DNA from: Halocafeteria seosinensis
Taxonomy: Eukaryota
Assembly (NCBI GenBank): GCA_001687465.1
Contig: LVLI01000172.1
Coordinates: forward strand, 124,001 to 188,000
DNA length: 64,000 nt
Direction of reading: 5' to 3'
Shown in pieces: positions 35,601 through 49,055 of this stretch; positions within the stretch are counted from its first letter, which is position 1, and the number at the start of each line of letters is the position of its first letter. The notes under the pieces are model-generated. The model saw nothing but the letters and a program-made list of their open reading frames with translations, was not told the origin of the DNA and searched no databases. The translations under genes were made by a program, and so were the position numbers.

Positions 35601-35959
35601 GGGCTGGTGATCTGCTCCTGCGTATTGCCTTTAACCACCGCAGGGGGTGGAGCAAAGCCCACATGCTGCTCATGGGCACTACTTGGAGCTGCATGAGCGC
35701 TTGAACCACTTCTATATGAAGTGGAATGAACTGTGCTTGAAGTGGAAGCAGAGGCATTGATGGCCGAGCTCTCACTCGTTCTTTCCTCCAATGACAATCC
35801 TGTCACAGCTTCTATCAAACCTTCATTGTCATTTTCATGCGTCTGTGTGGTCGGATGGCCTGAAGAACTTTGTATAGAGGGCCTGGAAGCACATTCTACA
35901 GTTCTGGAGGAGGAGCGAGAAGCAGAGACTTTGTTCCCTCGACTAGGTTGCTCCATCAT
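29623..35959 (-). CDS. Large armadillo-repeat protein (3 exons, about 2,050 aa)
   Basis: ORFs 34787-35959, 34514-34786 and 29623-34599 join in frame through GT-AG introns (first 34855-34775). ARM-like units include AGGFSALSGCL, GAISLLVRIL, NATTALTNLV...NQ...GGLRLIL, AGVIHLLISML and LGNLV...CGGLPVLLTL. Confidence 0.8.
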
Positions 35960-36737
35960 CTCGGATTTAACAAGCTACAGGATCCATACAATCATAGCTT
36001 AGTCTACACATATATACGACGTTTCTTTTTCCCACGGGGAAATCAATCAATCCGGAAGAAACAAGTATTTGTGAAGCTCAGCTGAATGTGGACGTTAAAG
36101 TTTAAACCCTTCGGTGTACGTAGGAATCCTACAACTGCAGGATACATTGTCGACACTACCCCCCGGATGTGGTACGATCCGGTTACATATATCCAGCATA
36201 CACGCGGTGGCTATTCGATCGAGGAAATTAGCATTATACCAATGTTTGGGATTTCACTATGTACTCGGGGAGTTACATTACGGTGGTACGTTGAATCTGC
36301 TCAATTTCATGGAAGGGAATAGCTGACGACAACGTGGGACCCTTTCCAACAATTATGTGCGTAAAGGGTGTCATTGGGTTTTTGTATGGGGACGTAAGAC
36401 ATCGATCTTTTAAGTCAAAAGAAAGACGGTCCTTCGCGCCCCATAGGAAATGGTGTCCTATGCTTTGTCCATATAATAACAAACGCACCATCGTAGACGT
36501 CACTCGCTGAATGGTACGACCAGGTTACATACGTCTAATGTCTGGCGGACATCTGACCGGTGGAAACAGCACCATCATTGTGCGTTTCACGACGCACGGC
36601 GTAACATTATTGAATTGACTTGACACATACCAATTGATCTCGGAGCACCTGACCTACAAATATTCAGCTTCAAGAGAAAAACTACGTGTTGCTATACTAT
36701 AACTGTTAACATTACCACTTACATCTTCGTATGCAGA

Positions 36738-39700
36738 TCAGTTATTGGACTTCTTCCTCTTGGAAGCAGAAGCAGCGGGAGTCCGAACATTCGAAAACTT
36801 GTCAAGGGGCTTCCTGTTCGGTGTCGACGATGGGGGTGGAGGCGCTCGGCGGGACTTAGTTCTTGATGGTCTTGACATGCGACGCTGCTGACTTTTTTGT
36901 TGAGAAGAAGCCACAAGTGTGTCATCTTCATCTTCATGATCGGATTCTTCCTCGGCACACACATGTTGCCACGCTGGAAGCTCCGGGATTCCCTCACCAG
37001 GCTTTAAACGACGCACCAGTCGGCGCTGGTTATTATTGACGCGGCTTATATACATGCCTTTGGCAGCTGCTCGCTTCCATCGCTTGTAAGCTTTCTTATT
37101 AGCTTTCCGCTTTTCTCTCTGCTGCTTCTCCTTCTCTATTTCTTCCTGCCTTTTCCGTTCTTTGCTAGCTCTTTGGCTTTCACGTTTCTGCTTCAGCCAA
37201 TCATCATAGGCACCTTTGGTGTTTTGAATCCGATCCTCAAAGTTCTTGGAAGCAGCTAGCGAGCTAGCATCTGAAGAAGAAAAACAAGCGTTATGTGACA
37301 ACAGCCGGGAATAAATCAGGTCTTCGGATTGCTCCACCAAGTCATCAGGCAAATTTTCGGGACTAAATTCTTCGCTGTACTCACGTCCACACAAATGGCA
37401 GAGTTTCTTTATTCCTTCCGAATGGCTAGCCATACGGGATACTTTTTTGCGCGCTACACCCCTCGTATCAAGCAATATTTTTGCCTCTTTAGAAGTAGCG
37501 GGATAAGCTACTAGTGACTCAAGTAAAGGGTGCATGACTTCGTCGAATTCCCCTTTGGTTATGATCTGTTCGCCCGTGTGAACAGCATTGTTCTTCTGAT
37601 GAGCAAGCTTCTGCAACTTCCTCAAGCGGGAATGAAGTTCCAGGCCCTCTCGGACAGGAATAGATGCGATCACTCCTCCGGAGGTAGTCTCTACTGTTGC
37701 ACGGTTCACTAAGCTTCTCAAGCGTTCTTCAATTACTGAAAGGAGGGTAGTGCTTTGCGCGTCCATCGACGCTTTGGCAGCACTTCGAGATTTCCGCTCA
37801 AACCAGTTTTTAAGATTTTGCTGTTTCTCTCTCCAGTTCTTGAATCGGTCCTGCAGCCATTCTTCAAAAGTAGAGGCAACATTGCTCTTGCGGAACGAGG
37901 CCAAGAACTCAGTCACCAACTTTGCCATAGCATCAGTGTTTCCCGAGAGACGGTTCATGCCTTCATTGAACCTTTCTTCAAAACGCTGGTACTTGATCTT
38001 TCTCAGAAGCTGCTTTTCACTGCCATCTTCTCTGGCAGCGGCAGAACGACTCAGAGCTCTCGTCTCCTCGTCGGGAGCCTCCTCAGGGTAACGCTTAAGG
38101 TGGATAAGTTGTTTTTGTAATGAGGCCTTGCCTTCGTTGCTATTGAGGTACTCAGCAGCTTCCATAGCAGCCTCACTTTTGCGGACTCCTTCCGAGAGTC
38201 CACCAACATGCCCACACATTTGCCGAATTACACAAATATCCCATTTCGATACTGTTGAAAGGGAATCAGCATTTCCCTTGAGGGCACGGTGAAATGTGGC
38301 TTTTTCTTGCTCCAGGTTTTCCCTCTTCTGTTTCTGCTTTATGCATCTCCACTTTTTCAGATCTATTACATTACTTGACCGCCGAAAGTGTGCAAACGCG
38401 TTCAACAGCTGCTCTGCACTGATACGGGACGATGAACGGATCTGGTTTCTTTCCACCAAGCTGATGCTTTGTTTGGAAGAAGGGAGGTGGTGACGTTGTC
38501 GATTGGTAGCATTATCTCTTTCATCTACTTCGTCCGAGCCGGCTCCCTCCCCAATGTCGGATACGTCTTCATGGATCGAAATTGCTTTATGCTGGTCTGA
38601 CTGAGAGGGGGAGACATTTTCTCTGATTTTCATTGTCTGTTTCATAGGACTTCCACCCATACGTAGCAGCATGAGAACGGATACCGGCTTCGAGACATGA
38701 GCTCCCGCGCACTCCAGCAACTGCGCGAACTCAGAGGCGCTGATCATTTGTCTATTTGATGTCCCTCTGCGTTGTTGTTTTTCCTCCTCAAGAGATAGTA
38801 CCTTCGACCGCAGCTTCCCGTACAGATCAGGATGGGCCTGCAAGGACTCCTTTAGTTCCTGCAAACAAGCATCAGCCCTGCACATAAGAGTACGGTCAAT
38901 GGACTCTTCCATGCCCTCCCCTAGCTTATTGCGCAGCTCTTGCGACGATGAGACAGACAAACCAGAGCTGTTATCTTGTTCAAAATGAGGGTTCCAGCGT
39001 ATCTTCCAGCAGACCGGCACACCTGGCCCAATCGACGATTTTAACTTCTCTAGATCCGTACTCAGAGCTTCAAAACCTTGTACTTCGTACAGTCGTCGGA
39101 GTAGATCAAAAGAGAACAGCAAGGGGGAATCATCGAAGTTTTCTGAGTATGGATACACTTCATCTCTTGGAAACTGTCGAATAAGGTCATCGAGTTCTCC
39201 GTCGCTAGACACACCATCCTCCGCTAGATCATGCTGAAACTGATTAAACATACCCGCATTCCAATGGTGTTCTGGTATGCATACAAAGGTGTACCCGGTT
39301 TCTTTCCAGGAACGTCGGGATCGTGGGTCATGCCGGAAAGGTTCACAAGTACCCACATAGCGGTCGAACAACGAGCTTAGTGTAAACAGTCCGACCGGGG
39401 CAAGGGATCCTGAAGGTTCGAATAGGTCTCCATTGTCTGTTGAGCACAGAGTACGAAATATTTAACGTTATCGCAAGTTACGAAGAAACCGAAATAAACA
39501 TACAAGCAAAGCGATAATCGGACTGGGTATCTTCAGAGTCGCGAAAAACAATACGATCTTCGGTCAACTGCTGAAGTTGACGGCTAATTCCAGAATCACG
39601 CAACGTCTTGCTTTGGTTCTCGAACTCTCCATGATACTCTAAAAATGATATGTTTCCAGAGTCGGCAAGTTCCAGGTTATCGAAAACACCCACAGAAAAC

Positions 39701-40372
39701 ACGCAATTATGACAGTTCCTGATTGAAACTTGGTTACTGCACGAACACGCTTCCACTATGGGTTCTAAGCGTTGGAGTCTTGAGAGATATTGCACGCATA
39801 CCTTCCAACTAGCACAATACAGTCCTGGAGGTCCGAAAATGTGGCTTTCCCACGCACGTGGCCTAGAAATATGCGACAACCGTAAGCCTGCTGTATGTGA
39901 GCGTCGCTGGGAACCACGTTCGCGTACACTGCGCAATGGCGTAAACGAGTCAAGGAGAGACGAATGGCTGGCTGCTGCAAGAGGCTCGTGCGCAGACTGC
40001 GAGGTATCACCAGACAGGGATAGATAGCAACAGTGCAAGCTTTAGGAATCTCTTGCAGGACTTGACAAAACGTACTCTTTCTCCGACTTGGTCCAGGAGC
40101 GGTCCAAGGCATTAGTGGCCGCGGATGTTGGCTGCCGTTTTTCTTGCTCGCTCTCCTTCGACTCAATATTCTGAATCATGTACGCAATAGCATAGCACAA
40201 GGGGCATGGGCGCTTACAGTGCACAAACAGCTTGAAAAGACGAGCTACATACAGTTGTTTGGGAGCTGCCGTTAACGGCTTCCCTAGGTTGAATATATAT
40301 AGTTTTTCGCGTTAGTGTCTCTTCGTCGGAAGGCGCAGAAGCCACCGAAGAAGTCGGTGCTGCCGATGCCAT
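36738..40372 (-). CDS. TBCC (cofactor-C/RP2-like beta-helix) domain protein with EF-hand-like segment and charged coiled-coil C-terminus (5 exons)
   Basis: ATG at 40372 (MASAAPTSS). Four GT-AG introns give LSLTRLRHCAVY...AYGCRIFLGHVRGKATFSDLQDCIVLVGSNQVSIRNCHNC...SGNISF, collinear with RP2/TBCC domains, then join ORF 36738-39371 (YDDWLKQKRE...AYKRWKR). Confidence 0.75.
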
Positions 40373-40648
40373 ACTTATGGGAAAGGTTTCCTCTGTAGGG
40401 GTCCCAATAAAGCCGTCGTTGGATCAAACCGTTCCACTGACTGATTCAGTGATTCCGTCACGCTTCACAAAACTCAAACTTCAGTGTGAAGCAACGGGAA
40501 GACTCCAAGGACCAAGGCTATTTACTGAGCCAGCTAACTTTGGAGAATCCATGAAGGCATCATAGACAATACGAAAGCAAATAATATTTCGATCGACAGT
40601 TTCCTTACTTTCCGTGAAGAGTGGCTTGTCGTTAGTTGGGCACTGACC

Positions 40649-40984
40649 CTACCCGGTGTAGACTTCTGCTTCTGCAACAGAGATCTTAACACATAGGTGG
40701 GTCATTGGACGTGGCTTTCACTACAGCTCTGCATTGTCGAACGGTCTACCAGGGTCTGTCCAATTTCCATGCATTCTGTTTGAGGTTTGCCACAAGTCCC
40801 CCCATTTAACATTCTCCCGTGACCCGCTACAGTATGTAACAGATAGCCCACCGCACCGGCTGGGACGGGCCCGCTGTTCCTGCAGCCTTGCTGACATGCG
40901 CCGTGAGGGAACACAGCACTGGTTTTGCTCAGGAGGCATCGGGGGAGGAGCCATGCCTGCGCTGTGAAAGCTAATCTTGGGCAT
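40649..40984 (-). CDS. Hypothetical small protein
   Basis: ATG at 40984, 87-aa ORF, with a possible GT-AG intron at 40749-40672 leading to a stop at 40649; no recognisable domain. Confidence 0.3.
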
Positions 40985-41004
40985 GTCAGCTGAAAGTTAC
41001 ATAT

Positions 41005-41020
41005 GTGCGTGTGTGTGTGT
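41005..41020. repeat. Short (GT)n microsatellite
   Basis: gtgcgtgtgtgtgtgt. Confidence 0.6.
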
Positions 41021-42223
41021 ACAGGAGACTCTAGTGAGAGCCTCGCCGACGAATAACTCGTCCTTGGATCAAACCTACGGAAGGGTTTAGCACATGCAAT
41101 GATTGTTTTTTGTTATAACATACATGTAGTGCCATGATATCTGGCGTGGATACGGCAGTGTACGCAGCAGTGGTCAGACGAAACTACAGAGATACGAGGT
41201 TGTTCACCAAGGCAGTAGTGATGGTTGGTATAATAGTGTTGTCTGTCTTCACGGTTCAGTCGTGATCCATTTTCAATAGTCATGCCAATACAGTACCTAC
41301 AACGTTGTACATACACGAGGCACAAAGAGAACGTTTATTCCCTCTGTGGATTTCAGAGAACTTTCTATGTTACTGGCAAAACAGTTAAGGGAAGGGAATC
41401 GCAAGGGGTGTGGTAGCTGCGCTACCACACAACAGAAAGCGAGTCCCCTAGGTACGCCGGCTGCGAAGCAGACGACGCTAGCTTGTATCATAGTGGTATG
41501 ACTCGTTGCCTTCACTTCACCCTAAGCAGACAATCATTTGTTCGCTTCTTCTAGAAGCTCTTATCATGAGAGACAGAAACGTCGGTGTTGTCAAAAGGGA
41601 GAACACACTCTTTGTATAGTTATATAAGCTTTAAATAGATCTTTGTGCTTCTGTTTTGTGCACGAAAATCTGCTAACAAATGTACGTAGATGGCTGCACA
41701 TTCTTCTTCGCTTTTCTCTGTGCTTCCTCGTATCCTTTTCCGGGAGTATAAAGAGGAGCTGGCTGTGGGAAATTCTCTTTCTGGTTGATAAGCTAGTGGG
41801 GAAGAAGTACGGGAAGGTCAGCAACGCAAGGCTTAGGATGATGGGCCTAACAAGTGGCGGTCGTTCAATTTTAACTACAAAAAGCATTTTCTAGGGGCTT
41901 TTTGCAGGGAGGTGAAGGACTTCGTAGCGGGGAATTCAGGTGCCTTTCAGGAACCATGTGGCTTTTTGCAAACCCCTTGAATGTGCTCAGAATGGCCATT
42001 GGGAAGCTCACGAGGTGTGGAAGGGAGATCATTGGGGAGGAAGTCGTATTCACCAGCCGCATTGAAGTTTCCCTACGAGTTCCCTTGTAAGGGTAACAAA
42101 AAGGGCTAGGGATAGCAGCGTCTCTTTGTTTTCCCCCAGCGTAGACACCTGGGATTGCGATGGTTATTTCATCCTCTTGATATTGTGCATGCAGATCAGA
42201 CAATAGCTACGCAAGGGTTCTAA

Positions 42224-42733
<510 letters not shown>

Positions 42734-43143
42734 GATTGCGGGCCGCTTAAATTTTCCTGCTTTCGAAGTGCTCCGATGAGTGGATAAAGGCCGATTCAAA
42801 TGCAACGTCATTTGCCGAGTGGAAGAATAACAAACGCGGAAGTTCGCTGACCTACGTACTTATGCCACTACTTTTAACACTGCCTCCTACGATTATCGTT
42901 CTTACTGTGTAAAGCGTTAGCGCTTCATGTAGTTACGTGGGTATATTTTGGTACTTGTCAAGTTACCAAGTGCACAATCTAGCCAGAATCTCTCATTGTT
43001 CTATCCGTGGTCTTGTTAGAAGTTTCAACTTTCAACATCGCACAGTGGTTTCACGAGTATACCAGTGAAGAGGAGTTCGGCGTTTTCCCGCAAGATCTAT
43101 TTAACAGGACTGGTGTTGAACAACTGTACTACGGTATAGAGCG

Positions 43144-46100
43144 CTAATGCTTCTTAGCCAGTACTTGAGGAGGTATCATTCCACTTTTTTTGGGATCCCT
43201 CTGAGTAGGTTTCTTTTTCTGTGTAGGTGTGTCAATGCTGTGCCCAGCTATATGGGATTTTTCCACAGCTACTGGTGGCACCGTCTCTTGAGAGTCAGGG
43301 GCTTGTTGAGTGACCGCATTATCTCCCTGAGTTTTGCCAAAATTTGCGGGCTTTTTGGGTGGGGGCGGCATTCGAGGCGTTCTGTCCATCCCTGCTTCCC
43401 CCTCAGTTTTCGCCTTCGAACTAGCAGGTTTCAGGCTTTCCCAGTAGCTTTGCACGTCCTCTGAACGGGGTGCTGGATGGGAAGGCGCAGCTTTTGCGCC
43501 AAAGTTGCCGGAGTCACCCTTTAATGAGCCAGCTTGGAGGAATAATGCCTGCACTTTCGGAGCAAGGCCTTCAGGTAACTGCGTTGAGCCTTGTACAGAG
43601 GACGATTTACCGATGAAACTACCCTTCGTCGATACTGTTTTCCTTGGTACGTAACCAACACCCTTTTGCTTCGCTCTGCGAATCGACGCTCGACGAAAAT
43701 CTACTTGCAAGCATGTGGGTACTTGTTTGACTGCCCTCATTACTTGTGCTTCGCTGAGCGAACCCTTAGCACTTTGTCGCCAGCACTTGATAATTTCTGC
43801 TACTTTAACGAATCCCTGAATTGATTTATCCTTCAAAATCGCGGCCAACTCTTCAGCAGGCGCAGAAAGTGATGTCCCCTCTGTAGCTTCTATGAATAGA
43901 TCCTCTAGCAAAGAGGCGATGTTATAGAGTTCTTTGTTATCGCTATCTTGTTTCGCATCTGAGTAGCCCTCTCGGTTCGATCGAGTCCTGCCTTCGCTGT
44001 CACCATTTTGTCTCTTTGGAACTGGAGCGCCAACACTCCTGCTGGCATGCGCCGAGGAATTTGGTACAGCTCGTTCGTCGGCACCTTGGCTGGTACCAGG
44101 GACGGCCTTTTCTGGTTCTACCGAGGAGCTAGCGGCCCTTGTAAGATTCAAGACAGAGGCCCACGAAGAGAGGCTACCTCTCCCATTGGAACAGAGTCCT
44201 TCAAGACTATGCCCGCCGACAAACTCGGAGTCCCAGACGACCTCCACGTATTGTGTTGAAGGATGAACTACCACCACAGTACCCCGCAACCCCAGAGGAA
44301 CATGCCGAGTAGTCAAGTTGACGACTCTATCTCCTAGACGTGGGGTCCCATTGTGAAGCGCCTGTACACTCCCCCCAGACTTCACGGACGAGAGAGAGTT
44401 ACCGACTGCATCGGCTCCTCCGATATTCCCGACAGCATATCCCCAATGCTCAGGGGCGAAGACGTCTTCGGGGGCGACGCCATGTATGGTAGTATATTCG
44501 ACCTTCTCTTGGTGCTGTCGACTCTGTCTCATGCGATCAGCAGTGACCTGGATAGCCTTAATGGCTTGCTCAGAAAGAACTGAGCTACTGACAGGCACAA
44601 GCTTTTTCTTTCGGATTTCAAGTTGGTCCAACCAATCTAGAACCTTCTGCACAGCAGAACCACCCCCGAAATCAGAAATGCGGACACCGGATTGTCCTTG
44701 CTGGCTTTCCAAAACTTTGATGACCTCGGGAAAGTTGTTCTTGTATCGATGTAGTAAATTTCGGGCCTTTTTGGAGAATCCCCAAAACGTGGCCTTTCCA
44801 GCACTTTGTAGCACTGACGCAAAGTCGTTGCCGGTTGCTGGCTGCTTTGAAGAGGTATTCTCTAGCAGACGTGCGTAACCTGGGAGGTAGTAATCCTTGT
44901 GGACTTTCAAATTGAGCCCAATGTCAGCATAATCATCTTGCCTCTTATTCCGGGGAGCGCGTGGATTGGCGCCTTTTACTTTGACTGTGCCAGTCAGCTG
45001 TCCAATAACAGAGGGAGAGACATTCAATTCGTTAGCTATTTCCCCGGCGGAGATATATGTGTCATCAAACCTCTGATCATGAGCTATTTGCTCAAAGACG
45101 GGATAGCTTTCTCGTATAACCTCGCACTTAACCGTTAAGTGTACACCAAACGCGCTTCGAGGCGTCACTGTTTCAGCTGCTTTTTCGTGCCCCATCACTG
45201 TCCCCGAACAACCTCTGCATTGCCGCAACATGACGATTTGCTCACCAATAGGAAAACGTTCTTCTACAGGCAGAGGCCCTTGCTCTTTGAAACGGAGATC
45301 TGGAGATGGATGACGTAGGACAATAACCTGGTCTGGGACGGTGACCTCCCCCGAACTACCACTCTCTGCGAACACCCTCCTGAGTTCTCCCGTGGTAGCG
45401 TCTCGTCTCATGCCTACTAGTTTCTTCACCTTGACCAAAACCTGCACATTCCCAATACTGATACCAGCCCGACATAAGAACTGACCACCTGTTAGTAGTC
45501 GCTTCCTCTGATCCTCCACTTCACTGGCCCAGCGTTGTTTTCGTTGAATGCTATGTTTGCTGTGCCTAACGTTTACGTCACCAATCCTTGTAGTTCCCAC
45601 GCCGCCTTCTGGAATCAGCTCAAAATTTTCCTCACAATCGGAAACTCCGATGACCTGCCCAACATGCATGTGCGGCCAGTCAACATACACTATTTGCCCG
45701 ACAAGCTCTTGTGAAGCAGCCTCCGCAGATTCGTAAGGAAAGGCGGAGCAAGCATCATCGATCGCTTCCTCGTGGACATCAGGGGTCTTTTGGCAAAATT
45801 TATCTAGACTTGTCACGCTTGTGCCAGAAGAGTACTGCACGCTGAATGTAGGTCGATGGAGGGGCATATCTGATACTTCGGGATCCTCGTTTCTCCCTGT
45901 ACCGACAGCAAGTATAAGACTTTCCATGCGGCTACGACGCGACAGGATTTGCACAGCCACTTTTTTCAAATAAGGCTTTAACGGGAGACTATGTAGCGAT
46001 GGAAATCCGGCTGCAGGAACAACACATCCAGCTGCCGGCACAGGACTGAAAAGACCGTCTCCTGGAATAGCCGGTAAACGATACGTCCTAACACGCGATT

Positions 46101-48208
46101 GACTGGACTCAAGGGTAGGGAAGTATTCTGGCAATGTAGATTGGACAGTTTCTTTACCAGAAGGATCATGCCAAAATTCGTAGTCGTAGCCAAACGAATT
46201 GCGTTGCCGCTCAGCCTCGGTAAGTGACTCGGGAGGACAGTGCTTCTCAATCGCATCAAGCATCTTAGATTCTTGAATAAAAGGAATTAGGGTCACGCCT
46301 TCCCAAGGGTTTATTTTTCCGTTCATATCGACCATTATCTCGTTGACTCCAGGGTAAAATTCCGCCAACGGACTATTTTCTGCAGTCATAAGACGCTGGT
46401 AAGCAGGTGGGAGAAACTTCGCACTTGCAGAGGGTAGACAGCCTAACAGCTGCTGGAACGGAAGGAACGGTCTCCCTTGCGAAAACTCGATTTGGAGAGA
46501 GTCCAAGTTTTGCAAGTCGGAGGTCATTGGAGCATAGTGGAACGGGTAAAACCACCCCCACGATGGCACACCCCTGTAGTAGTAATACATGACCCACTGC
46601 AACGCTTCTGCGAAAGACTGCACCAACTTTTGCTTTAGAGAAGAGCTCCCAGGGATCCCTGGACCGATGCCAAACTTATCCAAATAGTACTGCCCTTTCA
46701 GGTCTTCCCTATCGAGCTTCTCCCGGGCCGCCATTATCTGCTCCACAGAAGCATCAGTGGTCATGTTGGGCAACTCGTTTTCATCGGACTCTTCTTCATC
46801 GTCGTCTTCAGAAGGCAAAGGTGTTTCTTCGACTGATGTGTCCTCTGCGGCACCGTTTCCCCCATCATCATCCTCAAATGCTTCCGGAGGAGCTAGCATG
46901 CTCCCACTTGATTCCGATTCGTTATCGGAGTCTTCAACCTCGTACCCACGATCTCGCATCAAGTGACGGGTCTTCTGTTCTCTCTCCCGAATCTCACGCA
47001 GGCGCTCCTTTCTATCCTGCAATATCTGTGGTTCCCACTGTGCTACATCTGTGAGGATTGTCTCCACTCGCTCAAAATTTATTTCCCCACGGTCGACCAA
47101 GTAGCCGCCTAAGGAAGGTAAGTACTTCCGATAGCTGCGAAATAAATCATCCATGGCACCTTCGCCGACATCGAGACTGGGCAGATGAGGTACGAAGTCG
47201 TTACCGCAGAGAACAGTAAGGAGCACAAAGTCGTCAATGGCGCGTTCACCGTCATAGGCAAAAGGTAGCCGATCAATCGGGATCTCTTGTGGCCTCATGT
47301 CCATCTCTAGATATTCCCGTAACAAACTTATGTGTAGTAACTCCCATTTTACGTCACTGAGTTGCCTAGTTTTTTCCTTTGTGGCATATTTATTGCGGGA
47401 AAAAGCTGTAAAGTCAATATGTTCCCGCAGCAAACTGAAGTGGGGCTCATGCGTCGCAAGGGACAACATAATCAGATCTGCATCAAGTCCGGCCATGCAG
47501 TGCTTAGTGTTAGGATTATATCCAGGTTGAGATTTCTCAGCTCGAATGAAATCCATAATCTTGTGTTCACCTTCGCCAGGTACTTCGTGTCCCGAAAACA
47601 CAATCCGCAGCCGCTGCCAGACCGGATCTTCATGCAATTTTTTCCTGATGAAATACTTGAGATGTTTGGACACCTTGGCCATAAATTCAGTCCCTGGAGT
47701 AATGCAATTGCTGTCAAATACGTCTTCGTCGTTGATTTCCTCTCCTCTCTGTCTCGCTTTCTCTCTCTCTTGGGCCAAATCCTTGGCTGCTCTGAATCGT
47801 CGTGAGCGTTGTTGGTTCATTTTCGCTCGCGGAGCCACACCGTCAATGGCCATGTAGAGCACCTCTTTGGGTTTCACGATTTTTACGATCATATCAATGT
47901 ACGATATCATCTTTAGCATTACATCTTTCTCACTGAGAACGCGTGAAACGCCTTCATTGCCGTGTGTGGCATTGTGCAATATGCCGTTCATATCCAGGTA
48001 CAGTCGGTCAAATTCGGGCAGCAAAGTGCTGTCCTCAATGTTTTGGTTGATGAGAGGATACCTCTCGGACAACCATCGGAAGAACTTTGGAACCCCCTGC
48101 AGAGTGGAACACGAGAGGAATACATCATAGGAGGGGAGCATCATAAGGCAACAATTTTCTCAAATAAAGAGGTCCAAATTCCTCCCTCGATTGCTCTTTA
48201 CTTACCAT
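43144..48208 (-). CDS. XRN1: 5'-3' exoribonuclease XRN1
   Basis: An ATG-only first coding exon (48208-48206) and intron 48205-48097 restore MGVPKFFRW. Motifs YLDMNGILH, DGVAPRAKMNQQRSRRF, FDSNCITPGT, GEGEHKI, GLDADL and GNDF are present, with XRN1-type C-terminal domains (VDWPH, IGLNLK, LGDRVV...PLGLRGTVV). Confidence 0.95.
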
Positions 48209-49055
48209 TTTGCTGATGTTCACGTATGCACAGACGCTGCGTACTATGAAGGCTCAACCACGACGAGTTATTCTCGGCACTGTATCGCTGTCTGAAAAGG
48301 GTTGTAATAATCCCACCCCTCCTGATACACGTGCGAGTTTTCACCATTTTCTCCCCAAAAGTTAAAGCACACTTTTGATTGTTCGGTCTAAATTTGCCAA
48401 CTTGCCAAGGGAAGAACACATGCACGCGCCTCCCCTCGCCTCCCTTCAAAAGACACAATCTTGTGATCCATTTTTAGGAGGGTTGTAGTACGGTTTCACG
48501 AAATTTTCAAAGCAGGGTAGGTAGTTTAGACACACTAGATTGCCTTGTGGTCATTGCGACAGTCGCAGCGGTAGTGGAATACCATCAAAATAGCTGCTAA
48601 AATCGGCTTCTTGGTAGCAGCCACTGTTCTGTTCTGCTTCAGGGTAGGAAGTCAGGTGAATGGAAGCTATGCGTAACTGCTCTAGTCCGGAATTTTGACA
48701 AAACAGAAGGGATTTAGAGATATTTATGGACCGGAAAGCATTGTCGCTTCGGGATTTATTCGTCACTCAATATCCTGTTAAAGGCGGACGACTTGCGTGT
48801 TGGGTGCCGTCAGCGAGCGTTTGAAGTGTTTTGGAGACATACACGTGTAATACAGTTCTAGTACAAGCATTGCCAACTTGTACTAGGTGTACGCATCAAG
48901 AGACACCCACCAGTCGTGCCGTAGAGGGGAGCAAACTGCTGTTTCAGCCTCACAATCGGGCCGTTGTGAGAGGTCGTGTCAGTGCTACAGCCTATCATTT
49001 GATTGTGTAGTGTTGGTACTAGCTGCCACCTCCATTGAGGGGAAAATAATACAGT

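Noticed and set aside
41408..41451. Helitron 3' end (hairpin followed by CTAG)
   Set aside because: The spacer is 17 nt, CTAG is not followed by T, and there is no Rep/helicase or second copy.
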